A stretch of 20,374 nt of DNA from an uncultured bacterium (lineage in GTDB: Bacteria > Macinerneyibacteriota > Macinerneyibacteria > Macinerneyibacteriales > DSCS01). Position numbers and translations under genes: made by a program. The notes beneath the pieces were generated by a model. It ran no database searches. It had not been told where the DNA came from and was given only the letters and a program-made list of their open reading frames with translations. Below, one piece after another: positions 16,933 to 20,374 of the stretch. Numbering within the stretch: the stretch's first letter is position 1; the number at the start of each line of letters is the position of its first letter. The stretch is from the NCBI GenBank assembly GCA_964548195.1, contig CAZJQC010000020.1, positions 1-20,374 on the forward strand. Direction: 5' to 3'.

Positions 16933-16961
16933 AATATAACGCTGTGTTATTGATCTGTCAA
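16933..16961 (-). promoter_or_regulatory. Sigma70 promoter of the blaI-blaR1 operon
   Basis: Minus strand TTGACA (16961-16956), N17, TATATT (16938-16933). Confidence 0.8.
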
Positions 16962-17072
16962 GTAGCCATAGTTTTTTTTACAAGGGGAAGAATGTGGTGA
17001 TGCCAATATATCGCAAGTGATTTAGGAGAAAAATAGACCGTGTTGTGTCGAACTGGCTTCTTCTACAACTTC

Positions 17073-17100
17073 TTGTCTTTCGTGTTCCTTGTGGTATTAT
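17073..17100 (+). promoter_or_regulatory. Candidate sigma70 promoter for the papain-like peptidase
   Basis: TTGTCT (17073-17078), N16, TATTAT (17095-17100) with a TGn extension. Confidence 0.4.
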
Positions 17101-17151
17101 GAATATGATGTATGCAATGGTTTTTTGAATATATGATGTGACGGAGGCCTG

Positions 17152-18858
17152 ATGATGCGGTTATTTAATAAAAGGTGTTTGACGCGTTTTCTTTTTGTCG
17201 CTTTTTTCATGGTTTTGATACCGGGCTTTGTACACGGCCTCGGAGAGCCGCTCTATGACGCTCAGGGACATTGGAAAGGCACGAAAATCTATGATGAGAG
17301 CGGCCAGTGGCATGGGCTGTTCAACAGCAACCCGGACCCCGACGGCGACCCGTGGATCGCCGGGGGGCTGCCTGATTTAACGCCGGAAGACCAAGACTAT
17401 TACAAAAGCCTGCCGCTTTTCACAATGGGAGAGGCTCCCCGTGCGGACCTGCCCCTGACTGTGCGGCATACCACGTCGCCCTATTTCAGGCCTGTGTTTA
17501 TTCAATGGGGCGGAAGCTGCGGCCAGGCCAGCTCCATCGGTTATCATTATACGTTTGAACGGAATCAGGCGCTTAATATCCCTTGTAACAGCAACGCGGA
17601 TAATATGTCATCCTATATATTTACATGGAATTTTGTCAATGACGGAATAAACCAGGGTTCCTGGCCGGCATGGGGATATCAGATAGCCCAATACATGGGT
17701 GTGGCGCGGGAAAGTGATTTTGACTGGGCCAACGGGACCTTTTACACCAACTGGCTCAGCGGTTATACGGAATATATGAACGCATTGCAGTGCCATGTGA
17801 AGGCCGACAGCATAGTCACTTTTGAGACCACTGATATCGAATCGATGAAAGCATGGCTCTATGACAAAGGCACCGGCACGGGTACAAACGGAGGCGCCAT
17901 AACCATGGCCGCCGCATGGCCCTGGGACACAAGCGGCGTGATTTCCGACGGGCCGTTTGCCGGGTATAACGTTGTGACAACATGCCCCGCAGGGTCGGAT
18001 CACGCGCTGACAATCGCCGGCTATTCCGATGAGATCACCGTGGGGGAGAGCACCGGCGCTTTTCTCGTGGTCAACAGCCATGGCACCTCCTGGGGTACTG
18101 GTGGAATGGTCTGGGTGATGTACGACGCATTCGACACAAACGCAAATTATTATTTTATGAGCATGGAGGTGGAGCCTAATAATCCGTTGCTGGTGATCAA
18201 GGCCACGGTGACAAGTGAAAAGCGGAATACCGTGGATATTGTCATGGGCTGCTCTCCGCAGCTTTACGCATCCGAACCCGCGAAGACGGTGCGCGTTCCA
18301 TGGGTGTTCAATAAAACAGGCGGGGAATATCCCATGCTGGGAGACGGGAAAAGCACGACCATGCAGATCGCCTTGGACGCGTCTTGCCTGATTCCTGAGT
18401 TCACCGAAGGCCGGGGCACAGTCTTTCTGCAGGCTGAAGGCGATGCCGTTGTTGACGCTCTCAGCGTTGTCTATTACGGTGGTGATACGCCGCAGGAATT
18501 TTTCTACGATGGGCCGCCGGCGGGTATTTTCCTTCCCGTAGATCTGGGGGTAAACATCGATTTCAGCGGCCGGGTTGTAGAGAGAGACCGCGTCGTCAAG
18601 AACTACCCTAATCCGTTTGCCGATTCGACGAATATTGAATATGAGCTGAAGGAAGAGGGGCGTGTCATCCTGTCTGTATATAACGCAAGGGGACAGAAAA
18701 TACGTACATTAGTCGAGGGAAACCAGGGATACGGCGTTTATATAGTTGCCTGGGACGGCTGCGACGACCAGGCAGAGAAAGTATCCAGCGGGGTCTATTA
18801 CGTGATGCTTGAAATAAACGGCACACGAAACATCAATAAGATGGCGCTCATTAAATAA
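17152..18858 (+). CDS. Secreted papain-like (C1A) cysteine peptidase with a C-terminal FlgD-Ig / T9SS-type sorting domain
   Basis: GGAGG SD; signal peptide; Q(17503)WGGSC(17518)GQA, DH(18001)ALTIAGY, VN(18073)SHGTSWG..G; C-terminal NYPNPF..VYNARGQKIRTLV..WDG.D..VSSGVYY..KMALIK. Confidence 0.88.
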   Translation: MMRLFNKRCLTRFLFVAFFMVLIPGFVHGLGEPLYDAQGHWKGTKIYDESGQWHGLFNSNPDPDGDPWIAGGLPDLTPEDQDYYKSLPLFTMGEAPRADLPLTVRHTTSPYFRPVFIQWGGSCGQASSIGYHYTFERNQALNIPCNSNADNMSSYIFTWNFVNDGINQGSWPAWGYQIAQYMGVARESDFDWANGTFYTNWLSGYTEYMNALQCHVKADSIVTFETTDIESMKAWLYDKGTGTGTNGGAITMAAAWPWDTSGVISDGPFAGYNVVTTCPAGSDHALTIAGYSDEITVGESTGAFLVVNSHGTSWGTGGMVWVMYDAFDTNANYYFMSMEVEPNNPLLVIKATVTSEKRNTVDIVMGCSPQLYASEPAKTVRVPWVFNKTGGEYPMLGDGKSTTMQIALDASCLIPEFTEGRGTVFLQAEGDAVVDALSVVYYGGDTPQEFFYDGPPAGIFLPVDLGVNIDFSGRVVERDRVVKNYPNPFADSTNIEYELKEEGRVILSVYNARGQKIRTLVEGNQGYGVYIVAWDGCDDQAEKVSSGVYYVMLEINGTRNINKMALIK

Positions 18859-18959
18859 GAGCGAGTTTTAAGGGGGCCGGCCGGGCCGTCCTGAAAATAC
18901 AAGTGAATACGGAAGCGCGCGGCATGAAAGATCACACTGCGCGATCTTAAAGGAATGAA

Positions 18960-19793
18960 ATGGACAGACAATTAGAGTTTATAAAAAAAATAAAAGAGTT
19001 CGGCGAAAAAAAGCTGGCTCTTAATTTTGACGGCTCATTTGAGACATTGGCTGAAAACGGATTCTCCTGCAACTGGGTATATGCAAGTCACCGGGACCGG
19101 ATCAGGTCGGTATTCAGAAACAACGCCCCTTTCGAGTTTTACGGAGATCCGGATGAAGCGTCGAAGAGATATGAGCATTTGAAAAAAAAGGGACATGACG
19201 CATATCTCTATCATGCCGAGGCGCATGGCGGGCGGGAATGCCCCGTGACAAAAGAACTTTTGACGTCGCCCGGGGCGCGGCAATGTTATGTCATCATCCA
19301 TGAGGGCTGGCATTCGACATGCAGAGTGAATAAATACCGGTTCACATATCCCTATGAGGAATCCACGGGAAGGGTCGTCGGCCTTTTCGGTGCGATTGAA
19401 TTCGCAAAAGAGACGGGTGACGAAGCGCTTATGAAAGCCTGCATCGATCAGGAGGCAGCCTGGTCTCTGTTCGCGGATTTTGTGAACGAGAGCGATGCTC
19501 TCGTGACGCAGGCCGCCGAGGACAATGCTCCGGAGCAAAGACTTTCTGAAATAAAACGGGATCTGACGCAACAGGCCAGACGGATCTGCGAAAAGATGCC
19601 GGACGCGTGGGAAAGAAGTGAATTGGGCAAAGAGATAAACAACGCTTTCATCCTGCGCTACCGTTCATACACAGCGCATTATTCCCTGGCAAAGAGCATC
19701 TTAATGGAGGACCGGGACCTGAAAAAGGCGATGGACAGATTTTTAAAACGGGCGCCGGCGCTCAATATGATGCGCGAAGACGGCGCGCGATGA
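18960..19793 (+). CDS. Putative zinc aminopeptidase-like protein (HExxH)
   Basis: AAAGGA SD; VIIHEGWHST followed by YEESTGRVVGLFGAIEF (likely third Zn ligand Glu). Resemblance to the 'putative aminopeptidase' family was judged by eye. Confidence 0.65.
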   Translation: MDRQLEFIKKIKEFGEKKLALNFDGSFETLAENGFSCNWVYASHRDRIRSVFRNNAPFEFYGDPDEASKRYEHLKKKGHDAYLYHAEAHGGRECPVTKELLTSPGARQCYVIIHEGWHSTCRVNKYRFTYPYEESTGRVVGLFGAIEFAKETGDEALMKACIDQEAAWSLFADFVNESDALVTQAAEDNAPEQRLSEIKRDLTQQARRICEKMPDAWERSELGKEINNAFILRYRSYTAHYSLAKSILMEDRDLKKAMDRFLKRAPALNMMREDGAR

Positions 19794-20374
19794 CCGGCGC
19801 GTTCTCAATACGACTCGGCGGGCAGGAGCTTGCGTTCGATTTCTCCTGTCCCGACGAACATCTGTTCTCGCCCCATGGACTGGACAAGGGTACTCAGGCT
19901 ATGCTTGAGCTATGCGAGATATTGCCACATGACAAGGTGCTTGACCTGGGCTGCGGCTGGGGTCCGGTGGGCCTTGCCGCGGCGCGGATGACCGCTCCTG
20001 AAAACGTGGTGATGGCCGATGCGGATCCCCGGGCGGTCGAATGCGCAGAAAAAAACGCCGGACTCAACCATATATACGGGATCACATTTGTCACGGCAAA
20101 TGGCGTGTCCGATGAGATGGACAGGGATTTTACGCTCATCATGTCCAATCCGCCGTATCACACTGATTTTTCCGTGGCGAAAGGCTTTATCGAACACGGA
20201 TTCGCCCACCTCCTCGTAGGAGGCCGCATGGCGCTGGTGGTGAAAAGGCTGAAGTGGTATGAGAACAAGATGAAAGCCGTGTTCGGCGGCGTGCGCGTGT
20301 GCGAAAAATACGGCTATTATGTACTCATGTCTGAAAAGAGAACTGCCCGCCCGCCCGCTAAAAAGAAAAAACAG
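19790..20374 (+). CDS. Class I SAM-dependent methyltransferase, RsmC / MTS small-domain type; partial, runs off the right edge
   Basis: Not in the ORF track; translated by hand from ATG 19790 (ATGA overlap): LFSPHGLDKGT, KVLDLGCGWGPVG, MSNPPYH, HLLVGGRM. No stop in 195 codons. Confidence 0.9.
   Translation, partial: MTGAFSIRLGGQELAFDFSCPDEHLFSPHGLDKGTQAMLELCEILPHDKVLDLGCGWGPVGLAAARMTAPENVVMADADPRAVECAEKNAGLNHIYGITFVTANGVSDEMDRDFTLIMSNPPYHTDFSVAKGFIEHGFAHLLVGGRMALVVKRLKWYENKMKAVFGGVRVCEKYGYYVLMSEKRTARPPAKKKKQ

Noticed and set aside
18871..18892. GC-rich hairpin after the peptidase gene as a terminator
   Set aside because: Imperfect stem with no U-tract on either strand.
2163..19651. Long antisense or alternate-frame ORFs such as 2163..2582, 3625..4275, 6418..7155, 8188..8793, 12501..13106, 17608..18081 and 19035..19571
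   Set aside because: They lie opposite or within well-supported genes and show no recognisable motifs; treated as shadow ORFs.

Overview
Gene-dense 20 kb region of a bacterial chromosome. The host is probably diderm, since it encodes an outer-membrane barrel, a TonB-like domain and an FlgD/T9SS-like C-terminal domain; an FCB-related lineage is inferred, not shown. Left to right: a membrane protein on the minus strand; a frameshifted GNAT; an Ogt plus endonuclease III-like (HhH-GPD/FeS) fusion; a secreted transglutaminase-like protein; two GNATs; a Ca/Na antiporter; a secreted Ntn hydrolase; a tightly coupled five-gene operon (ECF sigma factor, membrane anti-sigma-like protein with a CBM48-type domain, two secreted unknowns, an outer-membrane beta-barrel); a membrane protein; an Ntn hydrolase with TPRs; a GNAT; an AT-richer block holding an Lnt/nitrilase-like protein and a convergent blaI / blaR1(M56)-TonB_C pair with a clear promoter and operator; a secreted papain-like peptidase; a Zn aminopeptidase-like protein; and an RsmC-like methyltransferase running off the right edge. 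No rRNA, tRNA, CRISPR array or transposase was recognised. The best candidates for undescribed biology are the ECF/CBM48/beta-barrel envelope-signalling operon, the BlaR1-TonB sensor with a hidden in-frame internal start that could make a free TonB-like protein, and the Ogt-EndoIII-like fusion.
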